Source: Octopus vulgaris (taxonomy: Eukaryota). From it: a stretch of DNA of 64,000 bases. The translations under genes were made by a program, and so were the position numbers. Shown here piece by piece: positions 14,447-26,301 of this stretch (position 1 is the stretch's first letter; the number at the start of each line of letters is the position of its first letter). The notes under the pieces were generated by a model that was not told where the DNA came from, searched no databases, and saw nothing but the letters and a program-made list of their open reading frames with translations. The stretch is taken from contig OX597825.1 in assembly GCA_951406725.2 (NCBI GenBank), positions 10,292,001 through 10,356,000 on the forward strand, read 5' to 3'.

Positions 14447-14795
14447 TACGGCTCTCCGTCGGTTACGGCGACGAGGGTTCCAATTGATCCGATCAATGGA
14501 ACAGCCTGCTCGTGAAATTAACGTGCAAGTGGCTGAGTAGTCCGCAGACACGTGTACCCTTAACGCAGTTCTCGGGGGAGATTCAGTGTGACACAGAGTG
14601 TGACAAGGCTGGCCCTTTGAAATACAGATATGACAGAAGCAGGTAGAAAGAGTGAGAGAAAGTTGTGGTGAAAGAGTACAGCAGGGTTCGCTACCCCACG
14701 CCGCAGAAGCCTTATGGAGTTTTAGGTGTTTTTGCTCAATAAACACTCACAACGACCGGTGTGGGAATCGAAACCGCGATCCTACTGCCACGCAG
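14447..14795 (-). mobile_element. tRNA-headed SINE, family C (5' end eroded)
   Basis: Reverse complement matches 22018-22330 (GGTTTCGATTCCC B-box-like; AAGGGTACACGTGTCTG body). Confidence 0.82.
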
Positions 14796-14983
14796 TGAGT
14801 AGAAAATGCTAAGCCAAAAGTGAACACCCATCCATCAATAACGCTCATTTTTGGCACGAGATCACTTCGGGGTAGAGGACAGGCAGTTATCACCAAAATT
14901 GCGAAGTGGCATAACTGAAAAGAAAGATTCCTCACCTAAGGAGAGAATTCAAAATCCCCAACAAGCAGTCCAAGCTCCTGGTA

Positions 14984-15215
<232 letters not shown>

Positions 15216-15672
15216 CTACCCATGAAAATGTCCTTCCAGCGCTCTCAACAACCCTAGGTGTGTATATCTGTGCATATATACGTATTTCTACACATATTAG
15301 TATGTCTTTATATTCATATTCATTCATAATCCACTCACCCATTCATATTCCACTGCTTTATATATGTGTGTATCTATATTTATCATTGCACACCTACCCG
15401 CCTGTATCATTGGCCATCGTTTCTAACACATAAACTGACTTCATTCAATAAACTACGCACATATGAAAACTTTTTTGTCTACAGACATAAATAACTTTAT
15501 GTATTTGCACAAGTTTGTCTCTGTATGTATATCTATATATCTATATATTGGTGAATATACATTTGAGTATATTTATATATATATGTGTGTGTGTATATAC
15601 GTTTCTGTGTCTGTGTATCTGTGGTGTTTAGACGTACGTTTCTATATGAACTGCTCTCCCGCTGTTGTCAAC

Positions 15673-15764
15673 ACCGCCTTTCTCCTCCGACATTTTCTTC
15701 ACCCACATCTCTTACAAACAAACGGACATATAATTTTCGGCTCTGCAACCCAACGTACCTTATA

Positions 15765-15812
<48 letters not shown>

Positions 15813-16082
15813 AACACATGACCACACACACATACACATACGCACACAGGCGCACAGTCACCTTCTCTCATAAATAAACCATTTAAGTAATCAATTTGAA
15901 CACCGGGACTTTTCTCGCCCAACACGCCACCCCCCCTTTCAGATTTTGTTTTAACGCTGTCATCTTCATTATTTCCAAAACAAACCGCCTTTCTCCTCCG
16001 ACATTTTCTTCACCCACATCTCTTTTTTTACAAACAAACGGACATATAATTTTCGGCTCTGCAACCCAACGTACCTTATACA

Positions 16083-16154
<72 letters not shown>

Positions 16155-16324
16155 AACACATGACCACACACACATACACATACGCACACAGGCGCACAGT
16201 CACCTCTCTTCATAAATAAACCATTTAAGTAATCAATTTGAACAACGGGACTTTTCTCGCCCAACACGCCACCCCCCTTTCAGATTTTGTTTTAACGCTG
16301 TCATCTTCATTATTTCCAAAACAA
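15673..16324. repeat. Tandem duplication of a ~310-340 bp unit containing (CA)n
   Basis: ACCGCCTTTCTCCTCCGAC...ATTTCCAAAACAA at 15673-15983 and 15984-16324, differing mainly in (CA)n length and small indels. Confidence 0.92.
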
Positions 16325-16394
16325 CTCCATTCATCTTAAAACCTATTATTCACAAACAAACCACACACCCACATCATTTCCAGTTCTCTCACCA

Positions 16395-16494
16395 NNNNNN
16401 NNNNNNNNNNNNNNNNNNNNNNNNNNNNNNNNNNNNNNNNNNNNNNNNNNNNNNNNNNNNNNNNNNNNNNNNNNNNNNNNNNNNNNNNNNNNNN
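16395..16494. other. Assembly gap (100 N)
   Basis: Run of N. Confidence 1.
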
Positions 16495-17184
16495 TTTAAA
16501 TATCTTAAAAAGTTGTCAGAGTTTGCAATGTTTTGAAATGAAAGTTTTCTTGATTTATTTGTTACTGCTCTGAGGTTGAATCGGAAAATTTATGAATTGC
16601 AAATACTTTAGAAGTAAAATTTATGAATTGCAAATACTTTAGAAGTATACGAATTAGTTCCTATATATGTCGTCATGCGTCAGTTTCAATGAATTTTTCG
16701 ATTTTATTTTTCATTATTAATTTGTTATCTGTGTACTTCCAGTTCTTAGCAGTCTTCCAAACATCCACAATGTCTTATCACATAGATTAAGTTCTGAGAA
16801 TTGCAAGTAAAATTCTCTTTTATTTTAAAGATTTTTAAAACTTGATCACTGAGTCCTCAGTAAAATTATAGTCATTTGGTATTTTGCATTTTCTAAAAGT
16901 AGAGTTGGAAAGTTCTTTATGTATTTTATTTCTAATTATAATTTTTTATAATTTCCTGTTTTCTCTGTTATAATTGAAGACAACACAGCCAGAAGACTGT
17001 GAAGACTTGTATAAAAATAAATGGAGAACAAGACTTTTTTCTTAAAAAAGCGAGAATAAGAAGAAAGAATAAAATAAAATAAAAAAGACTACATATTCAC
17101 TCGCCAATCACTCATAAAACTTAATATTGTTATAATATGTTCTTGTGGTTCCACAAGAAGTAACAATAGGGGGTTACTTCACAT

Positions 17185-18545
17185 TTACAAACTCATGGTA
17201 GAGCATCCACTTTTTATAAAACTCATCTTGCTTACTTTTATTGTAAGATATGTTTTTCCCAATAAGATGCAAGTCCTGAAGAAAGTATCTAAAATGTTTG
17301 AGGCTAAGGGTGGTGTTTTTGATACTTTGCTTTTATATATAAAAAAATTTTGCTCGTAATACCAGCAGGTCAAGGATACCATCAGTATATGTATTCTTTC
17401 TTAACCCGATCACAATTAGCTGTGGATCAAAGTTTATGTTGCGAACATATAGGCATTTTTTATGCAGCACATCTAGGAAGCGTTTCCAAAAGGCCTGTAC
17501 GTGTTCACAATACCAAAACAGGTGTGATATTGTCTCTACTTCATGTTGACAAAATGTGTACAGGTTGCTTTTAGCTAATTTGATCTTAAATAGGGAAGAA
17601 TTAGTTGTTGAAATATTATGTATAATTCTTAACTGAAATCACCGCAATTTAGTACCCGTTACCCGTTGTCGTCTTTATAGGTAGTACAAATATATTTTCC
17701 CATTCCAGTTCAGCAAGCACACACTCTTCCCATTTATGTTTGAACTTTAAACAAATATCAACTGTGCTTAAGACATAGTGATACCGTTTGGCTGCTTTCT
17801 GAACAGACATGAGCCTTCAGATAGCTGTATTATCATTTGATTGTTGAAAAGAAGTAGGTTTGTTTATATTCAACCTTGCTTGGTAGCCTTTAATGGCCCT
17901 GATAAGACCACAATACAGCAGAAAATGTGTACCTAGTTCAAACACATTCCGGAATTCTTCAAGGATGCGATATGATCCATCTAAGTTGACAAAATCACGA
18001 ATCTGACTAATACCTCTCTCAAGCCACGCAGAAAAAAGATTTGCTCTTTACCGACTTTTAAGTGTTTATTATAGTAAATTGGTTCTGTTATGAATTCACC
18101 AAATGAATTAGGCTCTGTCTTATTTGTAAACCTATCAAAAGCAGAAATATAATTATGCCAAAAATCATTCTTGATATCCTTGGCGAGTTTACTCGGTAAA
18201 ACGTTACCAAACACAGCTAAATTTTTTCAGTTTGTGGGAGGAGGCATAGCACAAGTGTCTCCATCTGGATTCATAATTAATATCTAACAACTTTCTCATC
18301 TAGGATAACTTTAAAGAACTGACATAAACAGAAGCTTCCACCATACCAAGTCCACCTTCTTTAACAGGCTTACAAGCAACAACTCCACTCCAGAGAAATT
18401 GAAATATTTTGTTTAATTCCTGGAGAAATTTACCCGGCGGATTTGGGAGAGTAAGGAAGAGAGAGTTCAATTTTGAAATGAACAGTGACTTCATAGCAGC
18501 AATTCTATCAGGAGGTGTAATTATTCTTTTCATCCATTTGTTGAT
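17185..18545 (-). mobile_element. L1/Tx1-clade LINE ORF2 C-terminal half, degenerate
   Basis: KRIITPPDRIAAMKSLFISKLNSLFLTLPNP...FQFLW...EGGLGM (post-RT Tx1-like signature), followed by NDFW, EPIYYN, and FQLRIIH and CTFC-like segments; many stops and frameshifts. Confidence 0.82.
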
Positions 18546-18625
18546 TATTACTTGGTGGCTTGTAGTACTGCAACACTATTATCTAGGTTCAATAGGACAG
18601 CTGCCACGAGCCTCACCACATCTAC

Positions 18626-19640
18626 TTTTTTTTATTACCCACAAGGGGGCCAACAAAGAGGGGACAACACAATCTGATATGGGGTCAGATGAACGAATGA
18701 TTACACAAAAAGTATGACATTAAAAATTTACACATAAATACGAAAATATAATGAAATCGAATGATAAGCCAGACCGGAAGACATTACGGATGGAGTGGGG
18801 GCGGGGTTTAGTTCGGACCCCACGATCTCCGCCTCGCCACTGATACCTGGGTTACAACCTATGTTGCATTCATGAGGTTCCATCCACACGCAACATCAAT
18901 TTCTTGTAGGACCTCCCCAATTTTTATTCTTGATGTTCTTTTTCCCATGTAAGTAGGAAGGAGAACTAGTTCGTCGGTTTTTAGAGTCACTGTGGACAGT
19001 TCTTTGGTTTCGTCTTCTGAGTCAAATCGAACTTCCTCAGTGCCAAATTTCTTCCTTCTACCCACGAAGGAGGTTTTTTCCCCAAATGGGCTGAAGACAT
19101 TTTTCAATTACTTCTTTGGATATATGCTCAATTTTTTTGTCCTTTATCGAAGGAGTTTTGTTAATAATTGTTCTACGTGTGGTGTTTAACATAATTTCAC
19201 TGGGAGAGGTTAGATTTACATTATTACCGTTTCTCTGTATCAGGCATTTAAATTTTTAAAAATTTTCCATACTTAGGTTGATTTTTCGTGTTTAACTTTA
19301 GCGACCAACGCGAAGCCTCGACTGGCGCTTTTAGTGTTTATTAGGCATTTGTTAATATCGTGGCTGGCGTTTGCAATATTAAAATTCGTAATACACGCGT
19401 ATTTTTCCATAATTATTGTGTGTTCCTCCTCCTCCTCTATCTCTCTATTTGAGGTAGAGGCGGGAAAGCCTCTTCGTAACATTTTGGTAAGGGGGCGTTC
19501 TTTTCTTTTGCTTTGGTCCCATATTAGCGCGGGCAATGTGTTCTTCGCGACAAGTCGGTCTGTCCCTCTGACTGGTGTATGGTAGGTCGTTAAGAGGGGG
19601 GTCAGTTTCAAAAAAACCCAAAAAACAAGAGTACACACAG
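18626..19640 (-). mobile_element. Internally deleted LINE-like element: 5' region and ORF1 fragment joined to a 3' UTR with A-rich end
   Basis: ORF fragments 19273-19638 and 18859-19107 (LLPTYMGKRTSRIKIG) resemble a LINE ORF1 from recall; 3' end ...GTGGGTAATAAAAAAAA; 3' UTR resembles the one after the L1-like ORF2 at ~49520. Confidence 0.5.
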
Positions 19641-20136
19641 GTTCATAAATATCGAGGGAAGTCTTAAAGTGACACCGGCGGTGTATCGCGAAAAAAAGGA
19701 TATTTAGCGTCTTTATGTATTTTTAAATGTTTCAAGCTGCCTCTTCTTTTTCCTGACTTGTTTTTATAAAACTTCGTTCTTTTGTTGATCATGAAATGAA
19801 ATAAGTGAGTTTTTCAAAACAGTTAAAATATTTTTATATTTCTAGAGTTAAACATAGCAACAAACACTAAAACTTTTTTTCTCGGTTTTGCTTTTTAACC
19901 TTTTTAGAACTCGAATGTTTATGGTTTGCCCTTTATATTTCATTTGTAATTAGATTAAGTGGAAATATTTATTGAATAAAATTGTTTTTCAAGTCGTTCG
20001 TCACGTTTTTCAGGATTCGATACTATTGTGAAACTATTTTTGCAAAGTTGAACATATGTATATGTCGTAAAATACAAGTTAGGCCCCCCTCTCTCTATAT
20101 ATATACACACACATACACATGCACACACACACACAT

Positions 20137-20206
<70 letters not shown>

Positions 20207-20260
20207 AGATCTACTTGTATAGAAAGTAAGTTGATCTGAGATCGTGTGCTGAAAGAAAAA

Positions 20261-20545
20261 CAAGTGCAGCGTGGAAGGTGTTTGTAAGCCATTTAAGCAC
20301 ACGCAAAAACCGTAAGTTTCACTTCAAGATTTAAATTTAATTTGTGTCAAAATATTTTCGTCGCTTTGAAACCGCGACCTGTTCATTCAGAAAACTTCAT
20401 GCTGCACGAAGTTTTATCAGTGAACAAGTCGCGGTTACAAAGTAACGAAAATATATTGACACAAATTAAATTTAAATGGTGAAGTGAAAATAACGTTTTT
20501 TGTGTGTTCTTAAGTGGCTTACAAATATCTTCCACGCTTCAATTG
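20261..20545. repeat. Near-loopless imperfect palindrome (~140-bp arms) between microsatellites
   Basis: CAAGTGCAGCGTGGAAGG...AAAACTTC ATGCTGCAC GAAGTTTT...CTTCCACGCTTCAATTG. Confidence 0.92.
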
Positions 20546-20744
20546 TACGTACGTACGTATGTACGTACGTATGTATGTACGTACGTATGTATGTACATAC
20601 ATACATACATATTCGAGTATTGTAATGAACGTAATTCAAACATGGGCATGACTTTTTAATTAATTGACATAGGTCGTTCGAATTGCACACACTTGTAGAG
20701 TAACACTTCTTCTATAGAAATCTTTCTTATTTTTGTTCTTCAAT

Positions 20745-21100
20745 GCAGATGAATAATGTGTTCCTAGCAGAAACCATTATTGAATTCTTGGCGAAGGTGG
20801 GGGTTTACTCTGCTCCACATCCGCAGAAGGCTACAGGTTATTTACAGATGTAAGACAAATGACAAGAGCAATGTGCGCAGATATTGAATGAAATTCAAAG
20901 ATGAGGAAACCAGCATTAAAGAAAAAAGCACACGGTGGGAGACCATCCGCTGTTACCACGGATACGATTCACCAGCGAGTGGAAGAACTGATTCTTGGAG
21001 AAAGAGATATCACAGTCGATGAGTTTATTGCACAAGACGAGCACAATGCATTACAGAAAATGATGGAAGTCTTCGGATTGTACATTGATTTTATTTGAAA
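20745..21100 (+). mobile_element. Mariner-type transposase N-terminal remnant
   Basis: Frameshifted IIEFL..., DKSNVRR, KFKDEETSI and GGRPSAVTTDTIHQRVEELILGERDITVDE (HTH and GRP linker). Confidence 0.7.
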
Positions 21101-21273
21101 TATATATATATATATATTTCAAATAAAATTAATGTACAATTTATACACAAAAGACAAAAGAGGTGACCTTACATGCTAGAAGGAACAGATTTTGACTGCT
21201 CCTTCTATCATGTAAGGTGTCCTGCTATAGGTCACCTCTTTTGTGTATAAATGTACACTAATTTTATTTGAAA
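21077..21273. repeat. Two overlapping inverted repeats sharing a middle arm
   Basis: Palindrome 21077-21140 centred on (TA)n; hairpin 21117-21273 with ends TTTCAAATAAAATTA(A/G)TGTACA and inner stems AAAAGAGGTGACCT and TACATG.TAGAAGGA. Confidence 0.85.
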
Positions 21274-21763
21274 AGTATGTTGTCTATTTGGCTATTTTAT
21301 GCATGCTAGGCCACTGGTAGAAAAGTCCTCTTCTACCCTATATTTTCTCTCTCGCTCGCTCTGTCTCTCTCTCTCTCTCCCTATATATATATATGTGTGT
21401 GTGTGTGTATCGGTGGTGATGATGTATTTGAGAACGTAAAGAGTTTCCGTCGTCAACAAGAAGTCATATGATGGAGAAATAAGATTAAGATAATTTGATG
21501 GAATGAATAATGAAGAAAATAAGCCATCAACATAAGATGGCTGTTGATAACATGCGGTCGTCATCCATCTTAAATAGAATGTGACTAGTGAGAAACAAAT
21601 AGAGATATTCACGGATAAACAACAGCAATCATCTGTTCACTGGATATTGTGGAAACGAATTGAAAAGAGGTTTTCTTTTAAAGTGCAAGAGAAAATAACA
21701 AAGAATACTCTAGCCTTATTATATACGTTTAATACGTTAATATATTAAATGTATTAAAAAAAA

Positions 21764-21993
21764 GGCGGTGAGCTGGCAGAAACGTTAGCGCGCCGGGCGA
21801 AATACTTAGTGGTATTTCGTCTGTCGTTACGTTGTGAGTTCAAATTCCGCCGAGGTCGACTTTGCCTTTCATCCTTTCGGGGTCGATAAATTAAGTACCA
21901 GTTATCCACTGGGGTCGATGTAATCGACTTAATCCGTTTGTCTGTCCTTGTTTGTCCCCTCTATGTTTAGCCCCTTGTGGGTAGTAAAGAAAT
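21764..21993 (+). mobile_element. Full-length SINE-A monomer
   Basis: tRNA-like head with B box GAGTTCAAATTCC; 17-bp TSD ATATATTAAATGTATTA at 21740-21756 and 21994-22010. Confidence 0.93.
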
Positions 21994-22017
21994 ATATATT
22001 AAATGTATTATATATCT

Positions 22018-22527
22018 GTGGAGGCGTAATGACCCAGTGGTTAGGGCAGCGGACTCGCGGTCGTAGGATCGCAGTTTCGATTCCCAGACCAGGCATTGTG
22101 ACCGTTTATTGAGCGAAAACACCTAAAGCTCCAAGAAGCTCCGGTAGGGGGTGTTGATAAACCCTGCTGTACTCTTTCACCACAACTTTCTCTCGCTCTT
22201 TCTTCCTGTTTCTGTTGTACCTGTATTTCAAAGGGCCGGCCTTGTCACTCTCTGTGTCACGCTGAATCTCCTTGAGAACTACTTTAAGGGTACACGTGTC
22301 TGTGGAGTGCTCAGCCACTTTCACGTTAATAAGTGAGCTGCGACGTCACAGGTGCCAAGCTGTATCGGCCTTTGCCTTTCCCTTGGATAACATCAGTGGT
22401 GTGGAGAGGAGAGGCTGGTATGCATGGGCGACTGCTGGTCTTCCATAAACAACCTTGTCCAGACTTTTGCCACGGAGATTAACTTTGTAGGTGCAATCCC
22501 ATGGTCATCTATGACCGAAGAGGGTCA
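22018..22527 (+). mobile_element. Composite SINE: family C head and body (22018-22330) joined to the family D 3' half (22333-22527)
   Basis: 5' part matches 14447-14795 (rc); 3' part GCGACGTCACAGGTGCCAAGCTG...ACCGAAG matches 62341-62535 (rc). Confidence 0.82.
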
Positions 22528-22789
22528 CAATTACACATCTACGTGAACTTAAAGGTTACACGTTAGAATCACTGCTAAAGCGATAAAGAGAAGAAAAAAG
22601 TGGACACATATTTGCTACGTGGTTCAATCAGGAAAAGAAAATTTCTCTCATGATTTCATGTTGACTTGGTTTAGGTTAACGTCTCTTTAGGCTGAAGTGA
22701 GGTTAATTTATATTCAACTGTTTTACGAAGTTAAACATGTTTCTCCGCATCCTTATTCTAGATTACATGGTCATCAGAAATGCATATAT

Positions 22790-23179
22790 GGGCTTCAGAT
22801 TTTGGCACAAGGCCAGCAATTTCGGGGAAGGGTAAGTCGATTACATCAGCCCCTGTGCTCAACTGGTACTTATTTCATCGATCTCGAAAGGATGAAAGGC
22901 GAAGTCTTGTGTAGTTAGAACTCAGAGCGTAAAGACGGACGAAATATCTGTTTCTTTAAGGCCCACAAGGGGCTAAACGCAGAGGGGACAAACAAGGACG
23001 GACAAACGGATTAAGTCGATTACATCGACCCCAGTGCGTAACTGGTACTTAATTTATCGACCCCGAAAGGATGAAAAGCAAAGTCGACCTCGACGGAATT
23101 TGAACTCAGAACGTAACGGCAGACGAAATACGGCTACGCATTTCGCCCAGCATGCTAACGTTTCTGCCAGCTCGCCGCC
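22790..23179 (-). mobile_element. SINE-A dimer/composite
   Basis: Family A sequence with an internal tail-to-body junction near 22941-22955. Confidence 0.82.
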
Positions 23180-23840
23180 ATCAGAAGTGCATATATATTG
23201 GAGATATCTCAATAGTTGTGATTTTGTATTATTTTTAAACAATAATTTTATATGTGACACATAAACATATCATTATCTAAATTGTTAGTTTTATCACCAT
23301 GGTAAGACAATACGAAGTGTAATTATAAAGCCGGTGGTTGTAGGTACTTGTATTTACTGACTTGAGATATCTGGTAGTGATTAAGATAATGTTACATAGA
23401 ATATTTCACATCGGTCAAATTAGCGAGCCAAGAGCTGCCGCTCCAATTGTTCGAGCGTCGAGGGAGGCAGGGATGAAATCCGTCGTTCCGTGACATCTTC
23501 CATAGTAGTAACTTTCCTTAGTCAATCTGTTTATTTCAGGACAATTGTGCTTATACAGAAGTTGTAGAACAAGTCATTAATTTAACTGACAGATTCTATT
23601 GATTGAGTTTAATTGGAACAGGAATACCTCACTTCAGGTTGTTATTTATATTGCTTTCCCTCTAAGAGGTGTAGCAGATATGTAACGTTGCAGTTTCATC
23701 TCGGGTTTCACGTATTAACTATCCAGATAGGTAGATTTCAATTTAGTGCTTATTAATTAAACACACATTCTCGCATTCAATGCAAGGACAATTAGTCACT
23801 TAGAATTAATAGCTTTTTCCAAGAACCAAATATAAATACC

Positions 23841-24072
23841 TATTTCTTTACTACCCACAAGGGGCTAAACACAGAGAGGACAAACAAGGACAGACAAACG
23901 GATTAAGTCGATTACATCGACCCCAGTGCATAACTGGTACTTTAATTTATCGACCCCCGAAAGGATGAAAGCAAAGTCGACCTCGGCGGAATTTGAACTC
24001 AGAACGTAATGGCAGACGAAATATGGCTACGCATTTCGCCCGGCGTGCTAATGTTTCTGCCAGCTCGCCGCC
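23841..24072 (-). mobile_element. Full-length SINE-A monomer
   Basis: 14-bp TSD CAAATATAAATACC at 23827-23840 and 24076-24089. Confidence 0.92.
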
Positions 24073-24142
24073 TTTCAAATATAAATACCGCTGTTGTTTT
24101 AAGTGTTGTTGTTATTGTAATAATAATAATAATAACAATAAC

Positions 24143-24191
<49 letters not shown>

Positions 24192-24978
24192 GCGGCGGCG
24201 GCGGCGGCGGCGGCTTATCTCAGGTTAACTTTATCGGAGAGATTTTTTCTTATCAACCTTACAACGGGAAAAACTAGTGAAATGCTTAGTGGGACCCGCA
24301 ATAAGAACGTTCCCTTCTTGGCCCATTCAAAGTAGCCGAATCAGAAAGAGCATAGGAAACTATCTCAGTACTTAAGTAGTCTGCGGTTATCGACACCGAG
24401 GGACGGGGTGAAAAAACTAAGTCGACGGAATGAGATTTGAACTCGAGTCACAAAAGCAAAACCCGCGAACCTATTTGCGGCCGACAACGACGACAACGAG
24501 CAGATTTATGATTCATGATCGACTTAGTTACAACATAAGACTGTGTAAGCCTGTATAACACACATAGATCTATATCTGCACCACGTCTTCAGTTGGGGGA
24601 GGATCAAGCTGTGTATTCCAAAGTGCAGAAGTAAATCTTATATTGTACAGTATATTAGTGTTAATATGTAGTAGCTTAAAGGTGAAATGGAATTGTTAGT
24701 GGCAGGATAATGTATCGTTGCCTCTTCAGACAGCAATCAACCATTTTAACGATTGCAAAGGTCAACGTTTTAATCATGTTGCTGAATATTTATTAGAATT
24801 GTATAAACAACGAGTTTACAACTGTTAACCGTTGAAGTTCAGATAAGTAAATATATCATCGCAGTTAGAAGAAGAACGAGATGTTTCTAGGCTGATCCTT
24901 CATTTCACTAAATAAATAAATAGATAAATAAATAAATAGGTAAACAAATTTAAAGAATTCAACAGTTGGACATTTCTC

Positions 24979-25380
24979 GGATCGTTTTCGGTTTGAACGG
25001 CAGTTTTTAACATAATTTCTAGGTAACTAAAAAATTTTATACTTCGTATACTGGTAGAATGTGTTTATAAAACATCTTTTTCTCTTGGCTTTATTGAGAA
25101 AATACTATAGTTTGTAAGATATTTGGTCTTTAATTTCTTGCATTTCGGCAATTTCAACCAATCAATGACATCCATTGAGGTAAACAACATTATGTTCCGT
25201 ATGAATATGTCCCTCGTTTAAGAAACTGATTGGGTTTGTTTACATTTGTGAAGAAAAAAAGATACCCTTCCCCTCACCCCTAACCCTAAAACAGATTGAA
25301 ATGCAATAGATCGATAATTATGGGTGACAATTTCATATGACACCGCGAGAAAAAAACTGCCGTTCAAACCGAAAAGATCC
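24979..25380 (+). mobile_element. MITE copy 1 (GG-terminated TIRs, 8-bp TSD; Merlin-like)
   Basis: TIR GGATC(G)TTTTCGGTTTGAACGGCAGTTTTT at both ends; TSD CATTTCTC at 24971-24978 and 25381-25388. Confidence 0.9.
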
Positions 25381-26301
25381 CATTTCTCTTCTCTCAAACA
25401 AAGGTCATCAGCGAAGGCTGAAAAATCAGATTGATTTTCATTATATAATTTTTGTAGACTCAGGTACCGACATCAGTTTATCGAGATTCTGTCTTCATAA
25501 GTCTTACCCACTAATATCCAATAATAAAGACATACACAGGGCTGTTAAGTTACATAATAGAATGCTTACTCATCAACTATGTTGAATAGCATGATAATCT
25601 TGTCCGAGTATATTTAGTCCAGAGTTGATTACAGATAAAGTAGAAGCAGATGTTTTATTTTTACTAAAACCAGTAAGTAAATTGCACAATTATTTATAGC
25701 CTATCAATAATAAACTCTTCTTCTCCTTAGTTAAGTATCTCTTCACACGTCTGTTAAACACAGAATAAAACGTTTTAGACTTTCAGGTCTACCTTTGCTC
25801 GTCCTTGTTTTGAATTCATTCTTCTTGGTTTATATTTGTTTTCTTTATCAATTAATTTATTTCTGAACTCATCTCAGATTGGCTCCAGATTTTCTTGAAG
25901 CATTAAAGAATTAAAGAAACAATTGTAATTTGAAATCGAAGTGCTTGTTGTTCTCGGCAATATACCCGTGTTGGTAAATATAGCTAATGTTGACGTACGT
26001 CAGTTGGTGTGAATCTATATAAATAACTACAAGTGCGTGCGTGCACACACAGACATATATTTGTGTGTGCGAACTTGAGTGTTTATATATGTATGTGTGC
26101 GTCCGTGTGTGTACGCTTCTGTGTGTGTGTGTCTGTGTGTGTGTGCGCGCGCGTCATTGTGTATGTGTTTGTGTACTAATATTTAAATTTATTTTTATTT
26201 CTAGAGAAAGGCTCAGATTCTCACCTAGATCCAAGCCTCCTTAATTGACTTTTTTATGTGATACCTGTGACATTCTTATCATGTGACTTTTTCTTTTAGA
26301 C

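Noticed and set aside
24695-24733. Hammerhead candidate on minus (CUGAAGA-GGCA...UGCC)
   Set aside because: GAAA is absent after helix II and helices I and III do not form.
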